Below are positions 1 to 9,440 of a stretch of DNA of 64,000 bases, piece after piece. Source of the stretch: an uncultured Alphaproteobacteria bacterium (GTDB taxonomy: Bacteria; Pseudomonadota; Alphaproteobacteria; Micropepsales; Micropepsaceae); assembly GCA_963837555.1 (NCBI GenBank), contig CAWINU010000009.1, forward strand, positions 12,277-76,276, read 5' to 3'. Each line of letters begins with the position of its first letter. Position 1 is the first letter of the stretch. Both the position numbers and the translations under genes were made by a program. The notes beneath the pieces were generated by a model. It had not been told where the DNA came from. It saw only the letters and a list, made by a program, of their open reading frames with translations, and made no database searches.

Positions 1-637
<637 letters not shown>

Positions 638-770
638 TTAGCAATCGGGCGGGCGCCCGGCAAGCGGTGAAATGGCCGGGGTCCCCATTGATTTTTGCAG
701 GGGCCCCTAAAACCCGAAATTAATAGTTGTCTGGTGTAAATTTGCACGTGATCCGAGTCGGGAACCCGCC

Positions 771-1214
771 ATGCGCATTTGGATAGGTCTGGCCGCGCTG
801 TGCCTAATTCTGACAGCCTGCGGCAACCCCAAGCCGCCGGTCGGAAAATGGGAAGGTGCGCTGGACCATTCGGATGTGATGGTGGTGGCGCGGGTGGAAA
901 TTTTACGTGACGGCAAGGTCAAAGTCAGCGCGCCCAACCTTGTTGGATTTCCGGTCGGTGACGAGAACCAAATCGGATTTTTCCGTAAGCGCCTGTCCGA
1001 AGAATTGGCGGCGGATTGGGACGACGTCATACCGCGCGAATTCGACTTCGATGGCAAGACATTCCGCAAACCGGGCGGATTGGCGCCCCAGATGGAATGG
1101 GACACGGGCCCGGGCCGTCTGACGCTGGTGGTCTATCTCGGCAAAGACCCTGCGCGCCGAATTCCCATGCGCGAAGTAAGTACTTTTAGCGACGACCCGT
1201 TTGAACGGCACTGA
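771..1214 (+). CDS. hypothetical lipoprotein
   Basis: 147 aa with a signal peptide and lipobox LTAC. Confidence 0.7.
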   Translation: MRIWIGLAALCLILTACGNPKPPVGKWEGALDHSDVMVVARVEILRDGKVKVSAPNLVGFPVGDENQIGFFRKRLSEELAADWDDVIPREFDFDGKTFRKPGGLAPQMEWDTGPGRLTLVVYLGKDPARRIPMREVSTFSDDPFERH

Positions 1215-1690
1215 ATTTATTGCGGCCGCATGCGGGCCGGTTCTGCACCAGCGGATGGAATTTATCCGTTCGCGTACGGGATAAAATTTAGATCAAAAAA
1301 ATGTAACCCGCGCATGCAGACAGCGCGTACTTGAGTACCGGTGCAGATTTGTTTCGCGAGGTCTCGCGGTGGTCGGGCACAGACGACATTCTGTTACAAT
1401 TTCCACGCCTGCCAAGGCTTTTCAGGCTCAGCCGCGGGTTTAATGTCTGCTCCAGGCATTGTGCCTGTTTCGGCGCTCCACCAACGGGCACAGCCGCAAA
1501 TGGGCGGCCGGACCGCTAGCCTGTATGCCCCCCATACTAGGCTGATGGTTCGACCGCCCAAATCTTTTCAGGTGGTCCCGGGGCCCCTATATATGAGGTG
1601 CGCGGTCATGGAGCTTCAGTCCGGGACTTGCCATTGCCGTTCCAGCCCGTCAGAAGAGCAACCAAGCTGCCCCATTTTCAAGGTCACCTT

Positions 1691-3142
1691 ATGAGAAATT
1701 CGATGAAACTGCTTCTGCGTACCGCCTCCATTGCCGTTTTGGCAGTGGCTGCCGTCGGATGCACGCCGCCCCCCAGCGCAATCGACCCGAGCGTCGATCT
1801 GCCGACCAATTTCACGGCTCCCAAATCGGATGCAACCCAGGCTGCTCAGGAATGGCCCACACCGGAATGGTGGAAGGGTTTTGGCGCCGACGAGCTGGTG
1901 TCCCTCGAACAAACCGCCAAGGCCAGTAATCTGGATGTCGATACCGCGCTCAACCGTTTGACGATTGCCCAGGCCAGCGCCGGTACGGCGTTCGCGCCTC
2001 TATTGCCGACGGTTAGCGCCAGCGCCAGCGGCTCGCGCAGCGGCTCCAATGACGGCACCACCACGCCCGCCAGCAATCGCGTATCCGCTACCCTGTCCGC
2101 CAGCTATCAGCTGGATTTCTTCGGTCAGAACTACAACAAGATGCGCGCCGCCAGCGAAGGCGAGCGCTCGTCTCTTTATGCCTTCGGTGTCACATCGCTT
2201 ACCGTGGCGGCGAACGTCGCCAATCAGTATTTCACCGTTCTGGCCCTGCGCCAGCGTATTGCCTACGCCAAGGAAAACATCGCGGCAGCCGAGCGCATTC
2301 TGAAAATCGCCGAAGCCAAAGTGGCCAACGGCGTGTCGTCCAATCTGGAGCTTTCGCAACAGCAGGCGCAGGTGGCCGGACAAAGGTCCAACGTACCGCA
2401 ACTCGAAGAACAGGAACGCGAAGCCCGGTATCAGCTGGCCATCCTGCTTGGCCGTATGCCGGAAAATTTTGACATCCAGGGTCAGGGTCTCGACGATGTC
2501 GTCCCGCCCGCCGTGCAGCCCGGCATGCCGACCGTGCTTCTCACCCGTCGCCCGGATATTGCCGTGGCGGAAGCCAATCTCTATCAGGCCCATGCCAACG
2601 TCGATGCGGCACGCTCGGCTTTTTTCCCCAGCGTCAGCCTGACGGCTTCTGACGGCAGTTCCGCCGGAGCAGGTCTCGCTTTGTTCAGCCCGACGACTTT
2701 GGCCTGGAGCATTGGCGCCTCCATCGCCCAGAGCATTTTTGACAGCGGCCGCCTGCATTATGCCAGCGCCTCCGCCCGCGCCAATGAACGCATCCTGATC
2801 AACCAATATCGTCAGGTGGTTTTCTCCGCGCTGAGCGACGTGGAAACCCAGTTGGGCCAGGTGAACTCCACCACCCTCACGCTCGGCTTCAGGACCGAAC
2901 AGGTGCGTGCCCAGACCGAAGCCGAACGAATCGCCGAATTGCAATATCGCGAAGGCGTCTCCGCCCTCACGGATCTGCTGAATGCGCAGACCTCCCTGTT
3001 CAACGCCCGCGACACGCTGGTTCAGACAAAGCTCAATCGCCTGACCGCCACCGTCAATCTTTACAAGGCGCTGGGCGGCGGCTGGACCATGGAAGACGCG
3101 AACAAGGGCGAAGTCGACGCGGTCGGCTGGAGCCCGCTCTGA
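1691..3142 (+). CDS. NodT/OprM/TolC-family efflux outer-membrane lipoprotein
   Basis: Lipobox AVGC, WWKGFG, RRPDIAVAEANL, C-terminal LYKALGGGW. Start placed at ATG 1691, within ORF 1598-3142. Confidence 0.92.
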   Translation: MRNSMKLLLRTASIAVLAVAAVGCTPPPSAIDPSVDLPTNFTAPKSDATQAAQEWPTPEWWKGFGADELVSLEQTAKASNLDVDTALNRLTIAQASAGTAFAPLLPTVSASASGSRSGSNDGTTTPASNRVSATLSASYQLDFFGQNYNKMRAASEGERSSLYAFGVTSLTVAANVANQYFTVLALRQRIAYAKENIAAAERILKIAEAKVANGVSSNLELSQQQAQVAGQRSNVPQLEEQEREARYQLAILLGRMPENFDIQGQGLDDVVPPAVQPGMPTVLLTRRPDIAVAEANLYQAHANVDAARSAFFPSVSLTASDGSSAGAGLALFSPTTLAWSIGASIAQSIFDSGRLHYASASARANERILINQYRQVVFSALSDVETQLGQVNSTTLTLGFRTEQVRAQTEAERIAELQYREGVSALTDLLNAQTSLFNARDTLVQTKLNRLTATVNLYKALGGGWTMEDANKGEVDAVGWSPL

Positions 3143-3234
3143 TCCTGCGACTGGCGCGGGACGAGGACCATCAGGCCGGGTAAGACACCCCTGTAACTGG
3201 ACAGGGGGCCAAGGGGCATTTAAGCCTCCTGGCC

Positions 3235-4752
3235 ATGCTGTTTAATTCCTATCCCTATATTCCCTTTCTCCTATTTTCCCTTTTGGCTTTCGTGTTTCTG
3301 GAAAAGAGATTTCCGGGCGCGCGGCGCGGCTTTCTGCTGCTGATTTCGTATTTTTTCTATGCCTGGTGGCGAGCGGACTTTCTTCTGCTGCTGATCGGCT
3401 CCACCGCGGTCAATTATATCATTGGGACGGAACTGACGGCGCGCAAGGAGCAGGCCAAATCCACGCGCCCGCTTCTCGTTATCGGCCTGGCCTTCAATCT
3501 CGGTTTGCTGGGTCTGTTTAAATATGCCGGCATGCTGGTGGGCACGGCGAATTTTCTGTTCGGCGCCCAATTGCCGATTCCGGCCTTCTTTCTCCCGCTG
3601 GCGATTTCCTTTTTTACCTTTGAGCAGATCAGCTATCTGGTGGACGCCGCCAGCGGCATGGCCAGGCGCTATTCGCCGCTCGACTACGCCCTCTTTGTCG
3701 CCTATTTCCCGCATCTGATCGCCGGACCGATCATCCGGCACAATGACCTGATCCCGCAATTTCATGCCGGTCGCACGGACGATGCGCGTGCCGCCGATAT
3801 CGCCACCGGCGCCACTCTGTTTTCCATTGGCCTTGCCAAGAAAACCCTGATCGCCGATACCCTCGCGCCCTATGCCGACATCGTATTCGCCGCCGCCAAT
3901 CACGGCGCCGTTGGCGGCAGCGATGCCTGGCTCGGCACGCTGTTTTTTGTCTTCCAGGTCTATTTCGATTTTTCCGCCTATTCGGACATGGCGCTGGGTA
4001 CATCCGTGATGTTCGGCATTCGCCTGCCGGTGAATTTCAATTCGCCCTACAAGGCCGCCAGCATCGTCGAATTCTGGCGGCGCTGGCACGTCACGCTGCA
4101 GAAATTCATACTCGACTATCTCTACACGCCCATGGCCGTTTCGATGACGCGTAAATCGCTGGGCTGGGGATTGGGAAGCTGGAGCGGCTTTCTCTATGCC
4201 GGCGCCGTGCCGCTGCTGTTTGTCTTTATGCTGATTGGGCTATGGCACGGTGCGGGGTGGAATTTTGCCGTGTTCGGGCTCATGCACGGCCTGTACATCA
4301 GTATCAACGAAGCCTGGCGCTTGTGGCGCAAAAAAAGAAAATTGCCGCCCTTCGACGGCCGCGCCATGCATATTGCCTCTATTGCACTGACCTTCTTCGC
4401 CGTTGTGATTGCCGATGTTGTATTCCGTGCCGGATCACTGGATGCCGTGATGCATGTCTATGCGGCAATGCTGGGCTTCAGCAGCGCCGCCAATCTCATA
4501 AGCTTTTCGCCCCTGGCCGTCGCCGCGCTGATCACGCTGACCCTATTAGTCTGGTTTGCGCCCAACAGCATGGAAATCACCTGGAAAATGCGGCCTGCGC
4601 TTGAGCCCGCGCCGTCCGCCATTCCAGTCCGCGATATCGGGCGCTGGGCCTGGTTGCCCAGCCGCAAAAGCGCCGTGGCCTTTGGCCTTCTCAGTATCGC
4701 CGGCCTGCTGGCGCTGTCGAATCTCAGTCCCTTCATCTATTTCCAGTTCTGA
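3235..4752 (+). CDS. MBOAT O-acyltransferase (AlgI/DltB/PatA family)
   Basis: MLFNS start, LPLAISFFTFEQISYLVD, YFDFSAYSDMA, EFWRRWH, catalytic GLWHGA, C-terminal PFIYFQF. Confidence 0.95.
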   Translation: MLFNSYPYIPFLLFSLLAFVFLEKRFPGARRGFLLLISYFFYAWWRADFLLLLIGSTAVNYIIGTELTARKEQAKSTRPLLVIGLAFNLGLLGLFKYAGMLVGTANFLFGAQLPIPAFFLPLAISFFTFEQISYLVDAASGMARRYSPLDYALFVAYFPHLIAGPIIRHNDLIPQFHAGRTDDARAADIATGATLFSIGLAKKTLIADTLAPYADIVFAAANHGAVGGSDAWLGTLFFVFQVYFDFSAYSDMALGTSVMFGIRLPVNFNSPYKAASIVEFWRRWHVTLQKFILDYLYTPMAVSMTRKSLGWGLGSWSGFLYAGAVPLLFVFMLIGLWHGAGWNFAVFGLMHGLYISINEAWRLWRKKRKLPPFDGRAMHIASIALTFFAVVIADVVFRAGSLDAVMHVYAAMLGFSSAANLISFSPLAVAALITLTLLVWFAPNSMEITWKMRPALEPAPSAIPVRDIGRWAWLPSRKSAVAFGLLSIAGLLALSNLSPFIYFQF

Positions 4753-4754
4753 CC

Positions 4755-5867
4755 ATGGCGCCAAAAAAATATCTTGTCTGGCTTTTCGGCACGGTCGGCG
4801 CGGCGGTCATCGCCATTGCGGGCTTCAACGCCTGGTCGGACAATTACATTCTCCATCATCCGGCGGGCCCAAGTTTTCAAACCGTCTCCGGCTTCGAACG
4901 TGTGCTGAAGCCGGCCTGGCTCGACAGCATCAGACCCGAAATCGTATTCGTCGGCACCAGCGACATCCGTCAAGGCTTCGACCCGGTTTTGATTGCTGCC
5001 GCGACAGGCGAGCGCAGCTTTAACTACGGATTTTCCAGCGTCACAGCCTATGAAACGCGCCGCATGGTGCAGGATGCGGCGGCACAGCCCAATGTGCACA
5101 CCATTATTGCCAGTGCCAATTCCTTTGCCGGCGGCAGCGCGGCCCAGCCGACCGCGGGCGGCTTCGACGAGCTGCGCATGGCCGTCACGCCGGACGGAAA
5201 ACCAACGCCGCGCCGTAATTTCTGGCTGTTCACCACGCGTTATCTCAGCGGTGGCGCCACCGGCATGCATCTGACAGGCCTTTACATGCTGGCCCGCCTC
5301 AAGCCCGGAGAAACGGCTTCTGACCGTCCGGACATCTTCGGCGCTTACACGCACATGACGCAGGACGGCTTTGCCCGCGACATGGAGCGCCGCGCCGGCC
5401 GCAGTTATCGGCTCTCTGATTGGCAGCGCAGCCAGTTGCGCGCCGCGCTGGCCGCAGTCTGCGACAAGCCCATCCATTTTTATTTGTTTTTTCCGCCGGA
5501 GCATTTCGCGGTCGTGAATCGCTACATGCTCAACGACGCTGAAGGCTTGCTGGATTTCAAACGCGACGTGCTAGCCGATGTACGCGCCCACAATGCGCGC
5601 TGCACGGGTAAGGCATCCCTGTATGACTTTATGATTTTGACCGGCATGACCGGCGAAACGGCCAATGAGGCAGGCATTTATCCCCATTACATCGATCTGG
5701 TGCATTTCACGCCGCAGATTGGCGCCGTGCTGGCGGTAGGGATGATGGAAAATCGGCTGCCGGGCAACGATCTCACAAATGCCCGCGATGCGGACAGTCG
5801 CATTGAGAGCCTGCGCACCGATGTCCTGCGCTGGCGTCAGAGAAACGGCAATACCGGCGGGCGGTAA
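4755..5867 (+). CDS. membrane-anchored SGNH/DltD/AlgJ-like acyltransferase partner
   Basis: N-terminal TM anchor, IVFVGTS (block I-like), FNYGFS, and YIDLVHFT (DxxH); starts 2 nt after the MBOAT stop. Confidence 0.7.
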   Translation: MAPKKYLVWLFGTVGAAVIAIAGFNAWSDNYILHHPAGPSFQTVSGFERVLKPAWLDSIRPEIVFVGTSDIRQGFDPVLIAAATGERSFNYGFSSVTAYETRRMVQDAAAQPNVHTIIASANSFAGGSAAQPTAGGFDELRMAVTPDGKPTPRRNFWLFTTRYLSGGATGMHLTGLYMLARLKPGETASDRPDIFGAYTHMTQDGFARDMERRAGRSYRLSDWQRSQLRAALAAVCDKPIHFYLFFPPEHFAVVNRYMLNDAEGLLDFKRDVLADVRAHNARCTGKASLYDFMILTGMTGETANEAGIYPHYIDLVHFTPQIGAVLAVGMMENRLPGNDLTNARDADSRIESLRTDVLRWRQRNGNTGGR

Positions 5868-7711
5868 TTTTCCAGGTTCAGAACCGAAAGCGTACCTGCG
5901 CCGCTTGTATCCACCTCGGAAAAGCCCAGCTTGGCATAATGCTCTTTCACCATGCTGTTCCTGGCTGTGGGGATATAGCGGCCCAGAAGATAGCGAATGC
6001 CTTTTGCCTGCGCCGCCTGCGCAATATGGGCCAGCATGGCCTCTTCCACCCGCCGCCCCAGTACGCGGCAGCTCATTAGCCAGCTATCCAGGTCCCAGGC
6101 TGCGGCACCCATATGGGTCGCCGGACGGGCGATCGCGACGCCGATCATGCCCAGATCGCCGAAGCGGTCCGACAGCCGCACCTGCATCGTGAACACATCA
6201 TCGCCCAGGCTCGCGATTTCATTTTCGGTGTAGCGCCGCGTTGTCAGGTTGAACTGGTTGGATTTGTTGATCAGTTGAACGATACGGGACCGTCCCAGCA
6301 CATCGAATGGCGCAAGGGATATCCGCATTTCCAGCGACGACAGATAATCGCCCAGATCGCGCGTCGAGGCCTTCACATCGGCGCGGGCGGCGTCGGCGGC
6401 ATAGGCGCCGGCGCGCGCGGCATCCTCTGCCGAAAAGCCGACGGATTCGAAATACCCGGCCGACGACAGAAACCAGGGATACCAGCTCGGATCGGACGGC
6501 AATTCCGGCACCGCCACGGCTGGCAGGGCCGCGCGCACCTGCGCCCGCTCGGCAGGATTGTCATCCAGCAGCACCAGCGCATCGAGGCCGATATTCAGGG
6601 CCTTGGCGATGGCTTCCAGATTGGCGGGCTTGTCCAGCCAGTTGGCCTGAAACAGCGTGATATCGCTTTCATTCAGCACCATGTCGGGATGACTGCGAAA
6701 CGGCTCGCGCGCAGTCTCGTCGTTGTTCTTGGACGACACCGCCAGCACAATACCGCGCGCCCGCAACGTCTTTGCATATTGCTGAAGGGCAAGATGGGCC
6801 TCGCCTACCGCGCTGCCCTGCCCAATGACAATGCCTTGCGGGCCGTCATCGCCAATCACCCCGCCCCACAGCGTGTTGTCCAGATCCAGAACCAGACATT
6901 TGCGCGCCTTGCCGCGAATGGCGCCCAGAAGGCGTCCCAGCATATCGGCATAGGCGGGTGCGCATTCCGCCGCGAAAGGAAGCTTGTAGGCAAAATGCTG
7001 CACCGGGTCGAACCAGGCATCGGTGCCGATGCGCTCGGACAGGGCCGCAACATCCAGAACATAGCCGCCAGTTTCCGTCGCCAGCAGCGACAGTGCGGCG
7101 TTGAACGCCATAATCGAGGCGCGCAGCGATCCGGCATGGACATGATCGAAATTGCCGAACAAGGCCTGTGGCGGCGTTGGGACTGTCTGCACAATGACGG
7201 CCGTTCCGGCATGCGCCCTGATGCCGTCGATCACCGCGCGCAACTGTTCCTGCGCCGATGCGAGACGCACGCGTGGATCGCCCAGATCATGGTCCAGGCC
7301 GAGCCAGCGATGGTCCACCGCCACCAGGACTGCGTCGGGCCTGGCTGTGGCGATGGCAGACCGGGGATCCAGTGCCGCCTGCGTGACTTGATCGTAATCC
7401 CCAAGAATCAGCTCTGCCGCCACGCCGTGGCGCGCTGCGGCTGCCGGAATCTGCTCGGCCACAAGATCGAATGTCGAACTCGAAAGTATGCCGAGCCTGA
7501 AGCCCGACAAGGGAGCGAGCGTGCGCTGTTCCCGCAGAGCTTTGGCAATCTGTTTGCCCAGATTGGCCGCCTGTTGCGGTTCGAGCCGGTGCGACGCCAG
7601 AAATTGAATGTCGGCTCCGGGGCTGGCCGCTTCCGCCAGCATCCGGATGCGCGCGCGCAGGTCGGCCGGCGCGGGTGCAAGCCAGGGCAGGTCACGGACG
7701 GACATACTCAC
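5837..7711 (-). CDS. FkbH-like HAD-IIIC glyceryl transferase/phosphatase
   Basis: KCLVLDLDNTLWGGVIGDDG, SSKNN, LDDNPAER, NKSNQFNLTTRRY, DRFGDLG, LMSCRVLGRRVE. Confidence 0.95.
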   Translation of the reverse strand: MSMSVRDLPWLAPAPADLRARIRMLAEAASPGADIQFLASHRLEPQQAANLGKQIAKALREQRTLAPLSGFRLGILSSSTFDLVAEQIPAAAARHGVAAELILGDYDQVTQAALDPRSAIATARPDAVLVAVDHRWLGLDHDLGDPRVRLASAQEQLRAVIDGIRAHAGTAVIVQTVPTPPQALFGNFDHVHAGSLRASIMAFNAALSLLATETGGYVLDVAALSERIGTDAWFDPVQHFAYKLPFAAECAPAYADMLGRLLGAIRGKARKCLVLDLDNTLWGGVIGDDGPQGIVIGQGSAVGEAHLALQQYAKTLRARGIVLAVSSKNNDETAREPFRSHPDMVLNESDITLFQANWLDKPANLEAIAKALNIGLDALVLLDDNPAERAQVRAALPAVAVPELPSDPSWYPWFLSSAGYFESVGFSAEDAARAGAYAADAARADVKASTRDLGDYLSSLEMRISLAPFDVLGRSRIVQLINKSNQFNLTTRRYTENEIASLGDDVFTMQVRLSDRFGDLGMIGVAIARPATHMGAAAWDLDSWLMSCRVLGRRVEEAMLAHIAQAAQAKGIRYLLGRYIPTARNSMVKEHYAKLGFSEVDTSGAGTLSVLNLENYRPPVLPFL

Positions 7712-7714
7712 GCG

Positions 7715-7957
7715 CTATCCTTTGGCAGCCAGCTTTTTGTCGATCAGGGCGGCAAGCTCGCCGACATTCTGCGGCGCGGTCACTTCGCGCGCCTCGAAGC
7801 GGATGCCGAAAGCCCGCTCGACCTGCACCATCAGCTTGACCTGCGCCAGGCTATCCCAGTCGGGAATGTCCTCCGCGGTCGTCGCGGCGGTAATGGGACC
7901 GGAATATTCGTCGAACAGGTCGCGCAGGATTTCGGTGAGTTTTTCCATCGTGGACAT
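7715..7957 (-). CDS. acyl carrier protein
   Basis: 80 aa acidic protein with WDSL phosphopantetheine site and VERAFGIRF; directly upstream of FkbH. Confidence 0.92.
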   Translation of the reverse strand: MSTMEKLTEILRDLFDEYSGPITAATTAEDIPDWDSLAQVKLMVQVERAFGIRFEAREVTAPQNVGELAALIDKKLAAKG

Positions 7958-7969
7958 TCAGGGCAATCC

Positions 7970-8884
7970 CTATTCTGCTCGGCGCGCGATCACCGCCGCC
8001 GAAATACTGAGTTCCTGTTTGCGCGCCTTTTCCAGACTGGCGCCCGAAGGTGGTGCATACAGCGTATCGACAATTTCCAGCCCCGCTTGCGCCACCATAT
8101 CGCGCACTTCTTCCGGCGTCCGGAACAGATAAAGATGATCCGGCGCGGGCGAATTGACCGGCGCATTGACGAAAATGCGCCCTCCGGGCGCCAGCAACCC
8201 GCGCAATATTTTCAACGCCGCCAGTGGTTGTTCGAGATGCTCCAGCACTTCCGAAAATGTAATGGAGTCGAATTGGCCCTGGGGTGAATCGAAAATATTT
8301 ATTGATTTCAGTCGGATAGTATCCGGTGCGCCGATTGCCTGCAACGCGGCCCGGGTGCCGTCCAAACTCGCTTCGCTGATGTCCCAGCCTTGCGCCGCGG
8401 CGCAATTGGGCGATGCCGCCGCCAATGCCAAAAACAATCCGTGTCCCGGCCCCACTTCCAGATGCGTGAAATTCTTTTTGTTGCCGGGCAAAAACACGTC
8501 CCGGAAATAACGCAGCACTTCGGTATGATTGCGCCACCACAATTGCGAAGCCAGCAGCCCGTTCATGTATTTCGTCATGAACGGCTTATTGGCATAGACC
8601 TGCTCGAGCGCATCCGAGAATTTCGACAGCCGGTATTTTCCTTCGCGGCGGAAATGCAATTCCTCTGCTAGCACCATGTCAGATAGCCAACGATAGTCGG
8701 CAACGATGCGCTTGATATCGCCGCCGGCGATACGAAACACATTTTCCGAAAGCTGATCGCAGAATTCCAGATGCGCGGTATCGCTGTCGGCAAAACGCTT
8801 GGTCAGAAAGGCGCGATGCTCGGGAAAGACGTCAAGCTGCAGGTCGATCAGACGATTCAACTGGGTGAATTGCGCGGGGACCAC
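7970..8884 (-). CDS. class I SAM-dependent methyltransferase
   Basis: LEVGPGHG motif I, FDSITFSEVLEHL, LAPGGRIFV. GTG start at 8884 overlaps the upstream TAG (TAGTG). Confidence 0.88.
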   Translation of the reverse strand: MVPAQFTQLNRLIDLQLDVFPEHRAFLTKRFADSDTAHLEFCDQLSENVFRIAGGDIKRIVADYRWLSDMVLAEELHFRREGKYRLSKFSDALEQVYANKPFMTKYMNGLLASQLWWRNHTEVLRYFRDVFLPGNKKNFTHLEVGPGHGLFLALAAASPNCAAAQGWDISEASLDGTRAALQAIGAPDTIRLKSINIFDSPQGQFDSITFSEVLEHLEQPLAALKILRGLLAPGGRIFVNAPVNSPAPDHLYLFRTPEEVRDMVAQAGLEIVDTLYAPPSGASLEKARKQELSISAAVIARRAE

Positions 8885-9306
8885 TATGCCGCCCTTTCGA
8901 TGATTTCGATCAGGCCCAGGCCGTCCGCCATATAGAACGAGACCCGCTCGCCGCCGAACAGCACCGCCGGGGTAGGCGGCGCCACGCAGGTGACATGCAG
9001 TCCGGCCTGCTCCATCCCTGCCAGCGACCCGGCGAGGTCTTTGGTCGTGTAGCACAGATGATAGACGATACCGCCGCCATGCTTGGCGACCATCCGGTCC
9101 ACCGGGGTCTTGCCGTCGCTGCCCGGCGCAATCACCTCGACACTGGGCATGGCGGCGTGGGTGCATAGCGCCAGCCGGACATTCTGCTCCGGATCGAAAA
9201 TGACCTCGCCGCAGGCATAGCCGAGCGCCCGCAGCGCCCGGAGCGCCACCTCGGGCTCCCGGGCGGCCAGCCCAAAATGGTGAAAAGTCAGCCCCGCCTG
9301 TTCCAT
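8884..9306 (-). CDS. VOC-family protein (methylmalonyl-CoA epimerase-like)
   Basis: FHHFGLA, DPEQNVRL, VEVIAP, YHLCY, LIEIIE give a His/Glu/His/Glu metal-ligand pattern. Confidence 0.88.
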   Translation of the reverse strand: MEQAGLTFHHFGLAAREPEVALRALRALGYACGEVIFDPEQNVRLALCTHAAMPSVEVIAPGSDGKTPVDRMVAKHGGGIVYHLCYTTKDLAGSLAGMEQAGLHVTCVAPPTPAVLFGGERVSFYMADGLGLIEIIERAA

Positions 9307-9440
9307 GGCTTCGGGGGATAGCACAGCGGCGGGCCGGGACAATAGGGCGGGGATCAAACGGGGAACTCGCGCGTTTTCTGAAGGATACGAATTGTTGACG
9401 CTATTTCTCAGGCCCGCTTTTCCGGCCGATTTCCAGCTTT

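Noticed and set aside
6113-8287. 724-aa plus-strand ORF
   Set aside because: Antisense shadow of the FkbH, ACP and methyltransferase genes; no recognisable motifs, and long shadow ORFs are expected at high GC.
5837-9306. Methoxymalonyl-ACP polyketide extender cassette
   Set aside because: That route needs FkbK- and FkbI-type dehydrogenases and a PKS; none is in the window, and the adjacent MBOAT pair offers a better acceptor route.
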